Shown piece after piece: positions 18,049 through 27,574 of a stretch of 64,000 nucleotides of DNA (positions within the stretch are counted from its first letter, which is position 1; each line of letters begins with the position of its first letter). Source of the stretch: Bdellovibrionales bacterium. GTDB taxonomy: Bacteria; Bdellovibrionota; Bdellovibrionia; Bdellovibrionales; UBA1609. Both the position numbers and the translations under genes were made by a program. The stretch is taken from assembly GCA_965205645.1 (NCBI GenBank), contig OZ242172.1:348633-412632 (forward strand), written 5' to 3'. Below the pieces are notes generated by a model. The model saw nothing but the letters and a program-made list of their open reading frames with translations. It had not been told where the DNA came from and made no database searches.

Positions 18049-18197
18049 ATAGTCTGGGTGAAGCAAGCTTGGCAAGCTGAAACATTGGTTAAACCTTATT
18101 TTTGATAGGTAAGACCTAAGTCAGTTAAATGCTTGTTGATTTTTATTTAATTTATTTATTCAACTTGCCGATTTTTGCATTGTAAGGAAAATTATTT

Positions 18198-18869
18198 ATG
18201 CGACATATATTTCTAGTTATTGCTAGCTTATTTATTGTTTATCTCTCTAGTTGCAGGGATCTCTCTTTGGATGATCGCCCGGATCGTCGACGAGAAGACC
18301 CTTATGGCAAAGTAGAATTACCGGAAGAAGTCATGGATGAGGGTTTTTTTGATTTTACTAAATGTAAACCTTCCGTTGATACGCCGGATAATACTATGGA
18401 TATCCTTACTGGTTTTCTTCCAGTCAAGAATCCATTCAGGATAGCTAGAAGATGCTTAAAGGATAAACTAGAAAAAGCACATAATAGTATATGTGAAGCC
18501 AGATATACTTTAGAAAACCAAAGAGAACAAGCAAGAGATAATGCCACTAAGAATCGGATAGAAAATCAAATTTTCAGGCTAGATCAAATTCAGTGGAGAT
18601 TTAATCAAAAGATGCAAGACATGGCTAGGTCATCTGATGACTATAGAGAAAAGGCAGTAGATAAAAAAGACTCCACAAGTTCCAATAAGTGGTGGTTAAC
18701 AACTTTATTTTGGATGGAAGAACAAGAAACAGCAGCGTACTCTAATATTTTTGATATAGCTTCTTATGATGAATGTTATGCTCCGGTTAATAATAATAGT
18801 CGTCGTGACACTAATAGAGACAGAACAGACAGAGATAGAAATCGAACGAACGGTCGTCGAATAAGATAA
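18198..18869 (+). CDS. Hypothetical lipoprotein with an Arg/Asp-rich C-terminal tail
   Basis: Signal peptide plus lipobox (FIVYLSSC). C-terminus RRDTNRDRTDRDRNRTNGRRIR. Confidence 0.5.
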   Translation: MRHIFLVIASLFIVYLSSCRDLSLDDRPDRRREDPYGKVELPEEVMDEGFFDFTKCKPSVDTPDNTMDILTGFLPVKNPFRIARRCLKDKLEKAHNSICEARYTLENQREQARDNATKNRIENQIFRLDQIQWRFNQKMQDMARSSDDYREKAVDKKDSTSSNKWWLTTLFWMEEQETAAYSNIFDIASYDECYAPVNNNSRRDTNRDRTDRDRNRTNGRRIR

Positions 18870-18994
18870 CGTATTTTTGTTCATAGTAGATAAAACAAAT
18901 ATTTCAGTATCTTTGCTTTGTTTATATATTTGATTCAACTTTTGTTGGTTGTTTGTATCTTGACTTAGGTGTAGTTAGCAGCCTATTGTAGTGT

Positions 18995-20281
18995 ATGCTT
19001 ATTTTCAACAAACTGGTTGTTAAACAGCTAACTTCTTTTCTAGCAGTTTTTTTTATCTTTTATTCTCATTTTGTTACAGGTGCATTCCAGTTTATTAACG
19101 AACAAGTAATAGAACATCATTTTAAATTTAATAATATATCGGTAGGGGGATTGTCCGGTTTATATTATGATCCTTATAAGAGAACTTTTTTAGCTCTTTC
19201 AGATGATAAAGGTCGTCAAGGCCCTCCACGCTTTTATGAACTAAAGCTTCATAAAGCTTTTTTTGAAAAATCCAGTCAAACACACTATCAGTTATCTATA
19301 GAAAAGCAGCGATTTTTATTAGATAAAACTGGTCGGTCATTTTCTATTGATCCAGAAGGAATATTTACGCTGCCTCGACAAATATTTATCAGTACAGAAG
19401 GACACCAACTCAAAGCGGGTGAGACTAAAAAAGATTTCCAGATGCGCCCACCTGCACTGCTGACATTTGACCTAGATGGACTGCTTCAGTATTCATGGCC
19501 TTTGCCAGCGATGTTTTGGCCAGAAAATTTAAAACAAATAACCCACTGGGGCGTAAAAGCAAATAAAGGTTTTGAAGCTCTATCCTTAGATCCAAATAAT
19601 AAATATTTTTGGATTGCTGTGGAATCTTCACTACGTCAGGATGATTGTTTACAGACAACTAATTTTTGTCATTTTAAAAAAATAATTCAAAAACCTCAGG
19701 CGGCAACCAGTCGTCGGTTTTATAGCTGTGGTCAGCAGTATATTCGCATGAGTCAGTGGGATATAAACCGCAAAAAAATGTTGAAACAAGTAGCCTATCC
19801 AATGACAAAATTCATTAAAGTGCAAAACGATCTACCGGCAAAAAAAATGCTGCTTAAAGGTGAGGTTGGTTTGACAGATTTTGCCTATCTTGGAGAAGAA
19901 CAATTTTTAATCATAGAGCGCAGTTATTTGAAAAATAATTATCGCTCAAAGTATACGACTGGTCATAATAAAAAAGCAGATGCTTATTATGTACAGCTGG
20001 TATTGGCAGACTGTTCTTCTGCGAGTGATGTTTCTAGTTATGACAGTTTACATAAAAAAACATTTACTCCTTGTAAGAGAATTCATACTGTAGATTTACA
20101 GTCTTTATTGAGATCGGCACATATTCAGGTGGATAATATAGAAGGGATTGCGTTTGGGCCTAAACTCTCCAAAAACAGTCAACTATTAGTGTTAGTCAGT
20201 GATAACAACTTTAATTCGACACAAAAAACACAATTTTTATTTTTTAAATATACGCCCAGTAGACGTATCCTACGTAAATGA
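18995..20281 (+). CDS. Secreted protein of the esterase-like-activity-of-phytase family (beta-propeller-like)
   Basis: N-terminal signal, GGLSGLYYD, DPEGI, FEALSLD, NIEGIAFGP, VSDNNF. This motif set is recalled for the phytase-like esterase family. Confidence 0.55.
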   Translation: MLIFNKLVVKQLTSFLAVFFIFYSHFVTGAFQFINEQVIEHHFKFNNISVGGLSGLYYDPYKRTFLALSDDKGRQGPPRFYELKLHKAFFEKSSQTHYQLSIEKQRFLLDKTGRSFSIDPEGIFTLPRQIFISTEGHQLKAGETKKDFQMRPPALLTFDLDGLLQYSWPLPAMFWPENLKQITHWGVKANKGFEALSLDPNNKYFWIAVESSLRQDDCLQTTNFCHFKKIIQKPQAATSRRFYSCGQQYIRMSQWDINRKKMLKQVAYPMTKFIKVQNDLPAKKMLLKGEVGLTDFAYLGEEQFLIIERSYLKNNYRSKYTTGHNKKADAYYVQLVLADCSSASDVSSYDSLHKKTFTPCKRIHTVDLQSLLRSAHIQVDNIEGIAFGPKLSKNSQLLVLVSDNNFNSTQKTQFLFFKYTPSRRILRK

Positions 20282-21063
20282 GGAAAGAAAAGCGAAAAAA
20301 GTCTTTGTGTGGCTTTGTTCCTTATGACAAACACCAACAACCTTCTCTCGTGCAGCCAGAAAAATGGCTGTCTTATGTTTATGGAAATAAAAAATGGATC
20401 CAGCTTCCTCAGCGGGCGATACTGTGCTTTTCTGATGGACTAGCTATTCGTTTGAGAAAAAAAAGAGTGGAATTTCAGAGATCTCTTCCCACTGCAAGTT
20501 TGGGGTTTCATATAGATCTTTATAAAAAAAAAGAGCAATCTGTTATTGTCGTTAGTCATTTCGGGGTGGGGGCACCAGCCGCTGTGCTTTGTTTAGAAAA
20601 ACTACGTGTCATGGGAGTTAAAGAATTTGTCAGCTTAGGATGGGTTGGTTCGCTTACTTCGCGGTTGCCAGTGGGAAGTAGAGTGATTTGTACTCGCGCT
20701 TTCAGAGGAGAAGGATGCTCTTATCATTATTTAGAACCCTCTCGCTTCGTTAGCTCTCCTGCGAATATAGATTCATTAAAATGGATTCAAAAATTAAAAC
20801 TTAATACTGTTGTTAGTTGGACGACAGACGCTCCATTTAGAGAAACTAAAAAAGAATATATTCAGTTTAAAAATAAAGGAATAGAATGTGTGGATATGGA
20901 ATCAGCTGCCCTAATGGCTGTAGGACAGCATTATCAATTACCGGTTTTTTGTATAGGAATCGTTTCGGATCATTTGTCTGCTAATAACTGGACGCCACAG
21001 TTTTTGCATACTCAAGTAAGGAAAAATGTATATACCGTGCTGAATCAAATCTTATTTTTATAG
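20278..21063 (+). CDS. Nucleoside phosphorylase family protein (PNP/UDP type 1; uridine phosphorylase-like)
   Basis: VVSHFGVGAPAAV, ECVDMESAALMAV. ATGA overlap with the upstream gene. Confidence 0.7.
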   Translation: MRKEKRKKSLCGFVPYDKHQQPSLVQPEKWLSYVYGNKKWIQLPQRAILCFSDGLAIRLRKKRVEFQRSLPTASLGFHIDLYKKKEQSVIVVSHFGVGAPAAVLCLEKLRVMGVKEFVSLGWVGSLTSRLPVGSRVICTRAFRGEGCSYHYLEPSRFVSSPANIDSLKWIQKLKLNTVVSWTTDAPFRETKKEYIQFKNKGIECVDMESAALMAVGQHYQLPVFCIGIVSDHLSANNWTPQFLHTQVRKNVYTVLNQILFL

Positions 21064-21143
21064 TATTTATAGTAGTGGACAGTTTTAACTGATTCAGGTT
21101 AAACCCATAATGCTGAAACATTTAAAGATGAGATTTATAAAAA

Positions 21144-21980
21144 ATGGAATACAATACACAAAATCTAAAACATTTTTTTCAAAATAAATATCATCAACTT
21201 AATATTCTTCCTCCATCTTTGCATTTTGTATTAGGCTCTTGTATGGGTTCAGCGTTAGATGAGGTTCGATCGAATGATTTTTTTTCTTGGGAGTATACAG
21301 GGCATGTATTATTTTCTGAAGTGCCCGATTTACCATCCCCATCTGCACCTAATCACTTAGGTCGCTATGATTATTTTGTACATAAAAAAACTAAAAAAAG
21401 TATATGTTTTCAATCCGGTCGTTTACATGGATATGAAGGGTTATCTCCATCGATCGTTGCTAGATCCGTCATTGGCCCAAAACTTGCTGGTACAGATTGC
21501 TTTATTTTATCTAATATTTCTGGGGGATTAAAACAACAAACACCGGTTGGTTGTGTCGTTGCGATTCAAGATCATATTAATTTAACAGGAAAAAGCCCTT
21601 TACAAGGTCCTCAGTTTGTGGATATGACAAATGCATATCATCAACCACTAACTTTATCTTTAGTATCTTATATAAAAAAACAAGAACTAAATTTACGATT
21701 TGGTGTGTATGCTATTATGCCAGGGCCACAACTAGAAACACCCGCAGAAATTCGTATGTTAATTACTGCTGGAGCAGATGTTGTTGGAATGTCTACTGTA
21801 TGGGAAGTCATCTCTTTACATCATTTAGGAGCAAAGATTAGCTGCGTATCCGTAGTATCTAATATGGCGGCAGGTATTGGAAAATCAGTATTGATTGATT
21901 CGGTTCGTTTGCAACCAGTTTTTATAAAATTGATCAAATCATTTATTCTGTTTTCTGAAGAAAAGGTGCAGCAGAATTAA
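21144..21980 (+). CDS. punA: Purine nucleoside phosphorylase (trimeric PNP family)
   Basis: GRLHGYEG, NISGGL, PGPQLETPAEIRM, GADVVGMSTVWEV. Confidence 0.8.
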   Translation: MEYNTQNLKHFFQNKYHQLNILPPSLHFVLGSCMGSALDEVRSNDFFSWEYTGHVLFSEVPDLPSPSAPNHLGRYDYFVHKKTKKSICFQSGRLHGYEGLSPSIVARSVIGPKLAGTDCFILSNISGGLKQQTPVGCVVAIQDHINLTGKSPLQGPQFVDMTNAYHQPLTLSLVSYIKKQELNLRFGVYAIMPGPQLETPAEIRMLITAGADVVGMSTVWEVISLHHLGAKISCVSVVSNMAAGIGKSVLIDSVRLQPVFIKLIKSFILFSEEKVQQN

Positions 21981-22034
21981 AAAAATAGTAGCTTGAAAAT
22001 AAATGATATAAAACGTGAAGGAGCATAGATTCAG

Positions 22035-23390
22035 ATGAGACGTATATTTTCTTTTCGTTTATTTTCTGTCATTACTTTTTTTACTCGTTGCTTATTTTCT
22101 AAAAGATCTAATGCAGTTATTCGTCGAGTATCTATTATCTGTTTATTAGGTTTGATAGTTTCTACAGGGAGCTTAATTGTTATTTTTAGTGTAATGGGAG
22201 GACTTGGACAGACAATCCGGGACAAATTTTTAGCTTCTGAGCCACATGTTATTATTACTTGGAAGTCGTCGACACAGCCGGATCTATTGGGTACAAATTT
22301 AATAGAGAAAAAGAAGAATAAAATTCAGCATATTTTACAGACGACTGGTTTAGATACAGGAGTCGCTGGTTTTTATTTTTTTGAAACAACAGATTTAGTG
22401 GTTAAAACTGCTGATGGAGTGTTTTCTGGTGCAATCGCTAGGGGTTATGAGCCTGAGTATTTAAAATTTTTTTTAACCACCCTTCGTTCCAATAAGGTAT
22501 CTCCATTTATTCATTTAGATAAAATGAGGGAGTTTCAGGCTAGGGAAGTTCTGTTGGGAGAAGAGCCAATATTTATTATTGAACAAGCTCATTTAAAACC
22601 AGTTTCAGAGAAAAAAATTATCATGAGTTTAGGTTTAGCTAGTGAGTTGAATCTATATGAAGGTGAACAAGTGCATTTAATTCCGGCAGAAAGCTTATTG
22701 CTTCCTCCGAGTGAACCGATTGACTTTGAACTTGCTCAGGTGGATCAAGTTGTATCTGCTCAAAGTGAATCATGGAATTCTAACTTTATTTTTTATAATC
22801 GCCAGATATTTAATTTTTCCGAGAATAGTTCTTATCTGCCTGGATTTGAAATTCGTCTAAAAGATCCTAAACAGTATGCTGTTTATCAGAAGGTATTGGA
22901 AAAAGAGGGTTTCTTAATAGAGGTATGGCCAGAAAGAAATTCGTCTATTTTTTTCGCACTTAAGTTGGAAAAAATTATTATGAGTCTTTTTCTATCTTTA
23001 GCTGGGTTAATTACTTTGTTAGCAGTTTCTTCGTTATTAGTTCTATTAATTGTGCAGAAAAAAAGAGAGATTGGAGCGTTGCTGGCTATCGGTTTTCCTA
23101 TTCAAAAAATCCGGCGAATATTTATTGGAATAGGATTATTATTATGTGTATTTGGTATTTTAGGGGGTAGTTTGTTAGGGTTGTTTACTTGTTTTTTATT
23201 ACAGAAAGCTCCTCTACATTTTCTACCATTTTTTTATCAGGAAGGTTTATTGCCTGTAGAATTTCACTTAAGTTTTTTTGTGTGGTTTCCTATTTGTGCC
23301 TTATGTGTTTCTTTTTTAAGCTGCTGGTTTTCTGTGCAAACACAATTGAGACATACACCAACCGATTTGTTAAAATCTTTACAGGGCTAA
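22035..23390 (+). CDS. LolC/LolE-like ABC transporter permease (MacB-type periplasmic domain plus FtsX domain)
   Basis: N-terminal TM followed by SVMGGLGQTIRDKFLASEPHVIIT. The C-terminal region has 3 TM helices of FtsX type and KKREIGALLAIGF. Confidence 0.7.
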   Translation: MRRIFSFRLFSVITFFTRCLFSKRSNAVIRRVSIICLLGLIVSTGSLIVIFSVMGGLGQTIRDKFLASEPHVIITWKSSTQPDLLGTNLIEKKKNKIQHILQTTGLDTGVAGFYFFETTDLVVKTADGVFSGAIARGYEPEYLKFFLTTLRSNKVSPFIHLDKMREFQAREVLLGEEPIFIIEQAHLKPVSEKKIIMSLGLASELNLYEGEQVHLIPAESLLLPPSEPIDFELAQVDQVVSAQSESWNSNFIFYNRQIFNFSENSSYLPGFEIRLKDPKQYAVYQKVLEKEGFLIEVWPERNSSIFFALKLEKIIMSLFLSLAGLITLLAVSSLLVLLIVQKKREIGALLAIGFPIQKIRRIFIGIGLLLCVFGILGGSLLGLFTCFLLQKAPLHFLPFFYQEGLLPVEFHLSFFVWFPICALCVSFLSCWFSVQTQLRHTPTDLLKSLQG

Positions 23391-23951
23391 TAGAGGTTCA
23401 TTATTTTTTTGACAGCTAAACCCTTGAGCTAAGTATTCTTTTATTTTATCTGTACAAAATGTTTCAGTACAAAAAGTAAAACGAATAAGTTCTTCATTAG
23501 CAAATATATCACATAATAAAGCATTTTTAGGTTTAAGCTGAGTAGTGTAAATATAAGTGTTTACAATCAATTGAAGAGAAGAAGCTGATGCGTGTGAGCA
23601 GATATACACTTCTGTTATGATATTGTCCGCTGCTGTTTCCTGCTCCGATTCTCTATACCTACATTGATTGTAATCTACATTGTTAGTGGGATCACAAAGA
23701 GTGAAATTATCTTTTACACACTTTTGAATATCTTCTGTGAGTGAGGGAAGGATAGATGGCGGGACAGAAATTGCTGGAGGGAAAGGATTTTGCTGGTTAA
23801 CTGGAGTAGAAGGAGAAGGAGAATGATCTTTTGGAGCAGGTAAAAGGGCTGTATCTTTTTCATCTGGTAGCGGCTGGCATCCGATTTGAAAAGCAGCCAC
23901 ATAAATACATACTATAAGAAAATAAGTAATATTTATTGTTTTTAAAGACAT
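23379..23951 (-). CDS. Secreted Cys-containing lipoprotein, paralog family member 1
   Basis: Signal plus lipobox-like QIGC. C-terminal NALLCDIFANEELIRFTFCTETFC...GFSCQ is shared with 24054-24605 and 24933-25760. Confidence 0.55.
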   Translation of the reverse strand: MSLKTINITYFLIVCIYVAAFQIGCQPLPDEKDTALLPAPKDHSPSPSTPVNQQNPFPPAISVPPSILPSLTEDIQKCVKDNFTLCDPTNNVDYNQCRYRESEQETAADNIITEVYICSHASASSLQLIVNTYIYTTQLKPKNALLCDIFANEELIRFTFCTETFCTDKIKEYLAQGFSCQKNNEPLLAL

Positions 23952-24053
23952 TGTGTAATGATTGTTAGCTTAAAAGGCACAGTTAGTTAGATATTTTAAA
24001 CCTGTGGTTAAAAAAATAACAATCATTTCCTTCTATGATGATAGGGATCTTTA

Positions 24054-24605
24054 CTATTGAGCACCTGTATCTTGTATACAAATATATCCCATGTTTGGTG
24101 ATTGATAATGATCCATTAGTTCTTTTAAGCTGTCTCTTTGGCCATTTGGCTTGCCGTTGTTGCGGCAAAAGCTTTGTGTGTAATTTGCAAATCCTTTTAA
24201 GTGTTCATTGGCGAATATAGTACAAACTAACGCATTATCCGGTCGAGTCGTTGGATAGAAAAGTTCTGTTAAACGCAATACCACATCCGGCTGGCCATCT
24301 TTTCGGCATATATGTGTTTCATGCTCTTGTCTAGCTTTTGTGGATGCACGTCGCGATAGTTCAAATTTGCAGGTTAAATAACCTGGATCAGTTTTTTCGC
24401 CGCAAGATTCTATTTCATTTGTTTGCTGTGTCTCCATTGTTTGTGTATCTTGCGGAGGTTCTGCAATAACAAGTTCTGGTATCTCTTCATCTGAACCTGG
24501 TCCGGATTCTGCCGCGGGAGAGTCTGAGTCGCTATTATCTGTTCCACAAGAAGATAATAGAACGAAAAATATAGGGCATAATAAAAAGATTTTTACGAAT
24601 TTCAT
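24054..24605 (-). CDS. Secreted Cys-containing lipoprotein, paralog family member 2
   Basis: Lipobox LLSSCG, acidic/Pro-rich linker, NALVCTIFANEHLKGFANYTQSFC...GYICIQ. Confidence 0.55.
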   Translation of the reverse strand: MKFVKIFLLCPIFFVLLSSCGTDNSDSDSPAAESGPGSDEEIPELVIAEPPQDTQTMETQQTNEIESCGEKTDPGYLTCKFELSRRASTKARQEHETHICRKDGQPDVVLRLTELFYPTTRPDNALVCTIFANEHLKGFANYTQSFCRNNGKPNGQRDSLKELMDHYQSPNMGYICIQDTGAQ

Positions 24606-24735
24606 AGTTCCTCCCGTTTTGCATATTGTAAAACTAGATGATAAATACTTAAATTTTCATCTGAATATTTTTTAATTTTCGGCTTTTTATAGAATTTTTC
24701 AAGTATTTTTTTATAAATTTGCAAATAAAAAGTTT

Positions 24736-24824
24736 TGGTGCGCCCGGAGCGACTTGAACGCTCATGTTCAACAAAGAACACCAGGCCCTCAACCTGGCCT
24801 GTCTACCAATTCCAGCACGAGCGC
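24736..24824 (-). tRNA. tRNA-Leu (anticodon GAG), long variable arm, CCA encoded
   Basis: Reverse complement is GCGCTCGTGCTGGAATTGGTAGACAGGCCAGGTTGAGGGCCTGGTGTTCTTTGTTGAACATGAGCGTTCAAGTCGCTCCGGGCGCACCA. Anticodon stem CCAGG/CCTGG, loop TTGAGGG. Confidence 0.9.
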
Positions 24825-24932
24825 AGAAAAAGTTCATTCGTTAAGAATAACAAAATACGCTACGTTTCCCAATATTGTTTAGGAATATTATCTGACTAGA
24901 TTTATGAAAGGCGCGCTATCAAAGATTTAGAC

Positions 24933-25760
24933 TTATTCTTCCACCCATGGAGGTTTTTCCAGCTCTGCTGGCTGCTGCTGCTGGCGGGGTGAAGCGTTTG
25001 TATCTGCTGGAGTGCCTCTGCTAGCAGGTGCTATTAGCGGAATATCAGTGGCAGAAGTACCTGGAACGTCTTTTTTTGTGGTGTTAAGGTGTAAGTCTTC
25101 TTCTTTAGTGCATTGGTATCCAAGTCGCTTATATTCCTCTAATGCTTCATTTAGGCTGTCTGGTTCTAGTCTAGACGATTGATTGTCGCGGCAAAATCCT
25201 TGTGTGTGGTGTGCATAGCCTAGTACTTCTCCCATTGACTGCACTTCACAAAGTAAAGCATCTTTAGGAGTAACTCCTTTATAGCTATATTCTACTAAGA
25301 GTATTTGAACTTTTTCATTTAGAAATTCTTTTTTATCTTCTGTTGGTAAACAATTATATGTTTCATAAGTTGTAATGAAGCTTTGACCTGTGTTTTTAGC
25401 AGTATCAGTGACTGTTCTGGATTCGTGGTATTTACAGTCTAAATAGTCGGAAGCTCCTTTTACGCAAGGTCCAGTTGATGCAAAAGAATCTACATCACTC
25501 GCTGCTTTATGGCCTTTAGATTTTCTTTTTTTGTCTGCTCTACTACGGCGCTTATATGATCTACGATTTTCTCCATCTAAGTCTACCTCATCTTCCTGGT
25601 TTTCTTCATCAGTAAATCCCGCCATTAATTCCTCAATGGCTGCATCTTCCATCTCTCTGTCTTCATTTGTACTGGATTGCTGATCTCCACAGGATAAGGT
25701 CAAAGTTAGAATAAAAAACACGGAACATATCATATAAAAAATATTTTTTAAATTTTTCAT
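24933..25760 (-). CDS. Secreted Cys-containing lipoprotein, paralog family member 3
   Basis: Lipobox LTLSCG, acidic linker, DALLCEVQSMGEVLGYAHHTQGFC...GYQCTK, Pro/Gln-rich tail. Confidence 0.55.
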   Translation of the reverse strand: MKNLKNIFYMICSVFFILTLTLSCGDQQSSTNEDREMEDAAIEELMAGFTDEENQEDEVDLDGENRRSYKRRSRADKKRKSKGHKAASDVDSFASTGPCVKGASDYLDCKYHESRTVTDTAKNTGQSFITTYETYNCLPTEDKKEFLNEKVQILLVEYSYKGVTPKDALLCEVQSMGEVLGYAHHTQGFCRDNQSSRLEPDSLNEALEEYKRLGYQCTKEEDLHLNTTKKDVPGTSATDIPLIAPASRGTPADTNASPRQQQQPAELEKPPWVEE

Positions 25761-26114
25761 AAATCACCTTTGTTTGTTGCTATTTTTATATTAATTTGTG
25801 CAAAAAATAAAATCAATTATTACTATTTTAGCTGTGTATTTTGGGCTTTTTCAAGTCTTTTTATGTCAATATTTCTGTCCTGGACTTTTAGCGGTTCTTT
25901 GTAAGAGGTTTCATCAAAATCTGACAGTAATTCACTTTATATAAGCACAAAGAGAGTTTTACCATTAAACTACCTAGACTTTTATCTAAATATTTTAAGC
26001 AATTGACAGCTGTAGTAAAATGAATAATGTTGCACTTAATTTCTGTAATTATAGATACATTTTTATATCAGTAATTATAGTTACATCATTAAACTTCTAA
26101 CGTGGAGATAATAA

Positions 26115-26435
26115 ATGTGGATTCCTATTGCATTAGCCGCATCTACACCTTCAACACCAGTAAAGCCTCACTTTATTGAACAGATCATGCCGTTTGTTTT
26201 TATCTTTTTGCTGTTCTATTTTCTATTAATTCGTCCTGCACAAAAAAGACAAAAAAAGCATCAAGGGATTATTAGTAATCTTAAAAAAGGGGATCATGTA
26301 CTGACTTCCAGTGGCATTATAGGAACTATTTACGGTTTGACGGATGAATTCGTAACGCTAGAAATTGCCGAAAATGTGCGTATTAAAATCGCTCGATCGC
26401 AAATTTCCTCACTGGCACCTACACAAACACATTAA
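26115..26435 (+). CDS. yajC: Preprotein translocase subunit YajC
   Basis: A single TM then RPAQKRQKKHQ...LKKGDHVLTSSGIIGTIYGL...VTLEIAENVRIKIARSQI, the canonical YajC layout. Confidence 0.8.
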   Translation: MWIPIALAASTPSTPVKPHFIEQIMPFVFIFLLFYFLLIRPAQKRQKKHQGIISNLKKGDHVLTSSGIIGTIYGLTDEFVTLEIAENVRIKIARSQISSLAPTQTH

Positions 26436-27568
26436 ACATCATAATCCACTTCCACTACATGGGATTTTGGCTTAGCTTGGCAGGTCAGTATTTCATGCCT
26501 TTGAATATTGCTATCTTCTAAAATGCCCCTTTCTTCTTGTTTAATGCGTCCTTTTTTTAATACAGCCAAACAAGACATACAGGATCCAGATAGACAAGAA
26601 AAAGGAGGATTGTAACCACCAGCTAATAATTGCTCTAATATTGGTAAATCTGATTGGGATGGGATTTCTATTTTTTCCCCACCGATCATCGCTTTTATTA
26701 CTTTAGCCCCTACTGATTGATCCACTTCTGTTTCACCTTCTTCCCCTATAATCACTACTCCAGAAGTAGTAGATGACGTTGTAGTTGAAGTGGTTATCTG
26801 TGATTGTTTAATTGCAAGCAAAGATGTTGTTGACAAGAAACTTTCCTTATGAATTTGTTTTTTATCTATTTTCTTTTTTTGTAAAAACTCCTCTACTGTT
26901 TTCATTAGACCAACTGGTCCACATAAATAAAATAAGCCGGATGAATGATCAGCAGGCGAAATAGCTAAATATTTTTCTAATATTTGTGGGTTTAATCTTT
27001 TTCGGATAGTGCACCATTTTTCTCTTGGACGAGTGAGGATATGTAGAATGTGAAAGGAGGGATAACGAGCCTGCCAATTAGCTAATTCTTGCTGGTAAAT
27101 AATAGAGGACTCATCCCGGTTTGCATAGAATAATGTTACTTGATTTTTTGGATCACTTAGCAAAGCTGTTTTTATAATAGAAAATATGGGAGTAATTCCA
27201 CTCCCTCCGGCAAATAGATAATAATGCTTAGGTTTTAAATCTTTAGGAGGTTTAAAAAATTTACCCGCTGGTTGGCGGGACATAATTTTATTTCCTTCGC
27301 ATAAATGATCAATGATATAATTAGAAACGATACCTTCTTTGACTCGTTTTACTGTTGTTTGCAAATTTTCATCTACTAATGGAGAAGAAGAAATAGAATA
27401 ACTTCTTCGGTGTAGAGTATTGTTGACGCGAAAATAAAGAGTTAAAAACTGAGCAGGAGTATAAATAAAAATTTGCTGATACTGCTTTGGGACAGATAAT
27501 AACAAAGATACGCTATCTTGTGTTTCTTGAATTTTCTTTTTTATTGTTAAGGGATAAGTTACTGCCAT
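26432..27568 (-). CDS. Ferredoxin-NAD(P) reductase-type oxidoreductase with C-terminal plant-type 2Fe-2S ferredoxin domain
   Basis: RSYSISS (FAD RxYS), GGSGITPI (NAD binding), LCGP, C-terminal C-x4-C-x2-C...C (SCLSGSCMSCLAVL...TCQA). A Thr/Ser-rich linker separates the domains. Confidence 0.7.
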   Translation of the reverse strand: MAVTYPLTIKKKIQETQDSVSLLLSVPKQYQQIFIYTPAQFLTLYFRVNNTLHRRSYSISSSPLVDENLQTTVKRVKEGIVSNYIIDHLCEGNKIMSRQPAGKFFKPPKDLKPKHYYLFAGGSGITPIFSIIKTALLSDPKNQVTLFYANRDESSIIYQQELANWQARYPSFHILHILTRPREKWCTIRKRLNPQILEKYLAISPADHSSGLFYLCGPVGLMKTVEEFLQKKKIDKKQIHKESFLSTTSLLAIKQSQITTSTTTSSTTSGVVIIGEEGETEVDQSVGAKVIKAMIGGEKIEIPSQSDLPILEQLLAGGYNPPFSCLSGSCMSCLAVLKKGRIKQEERGILEDSNIQRHEILTCQAKPKSHVVEVDYDV

Positions 27569-27574
27569 TATGAA

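Noticed and set aside
24649-24837. 62-aa minus-strand ORF in the track
   Set aside because: It is almost entirely coincident with the tRNA-Leu(GAG) gene (24736-24824) and is a translation artefact of the tRNA sequence.
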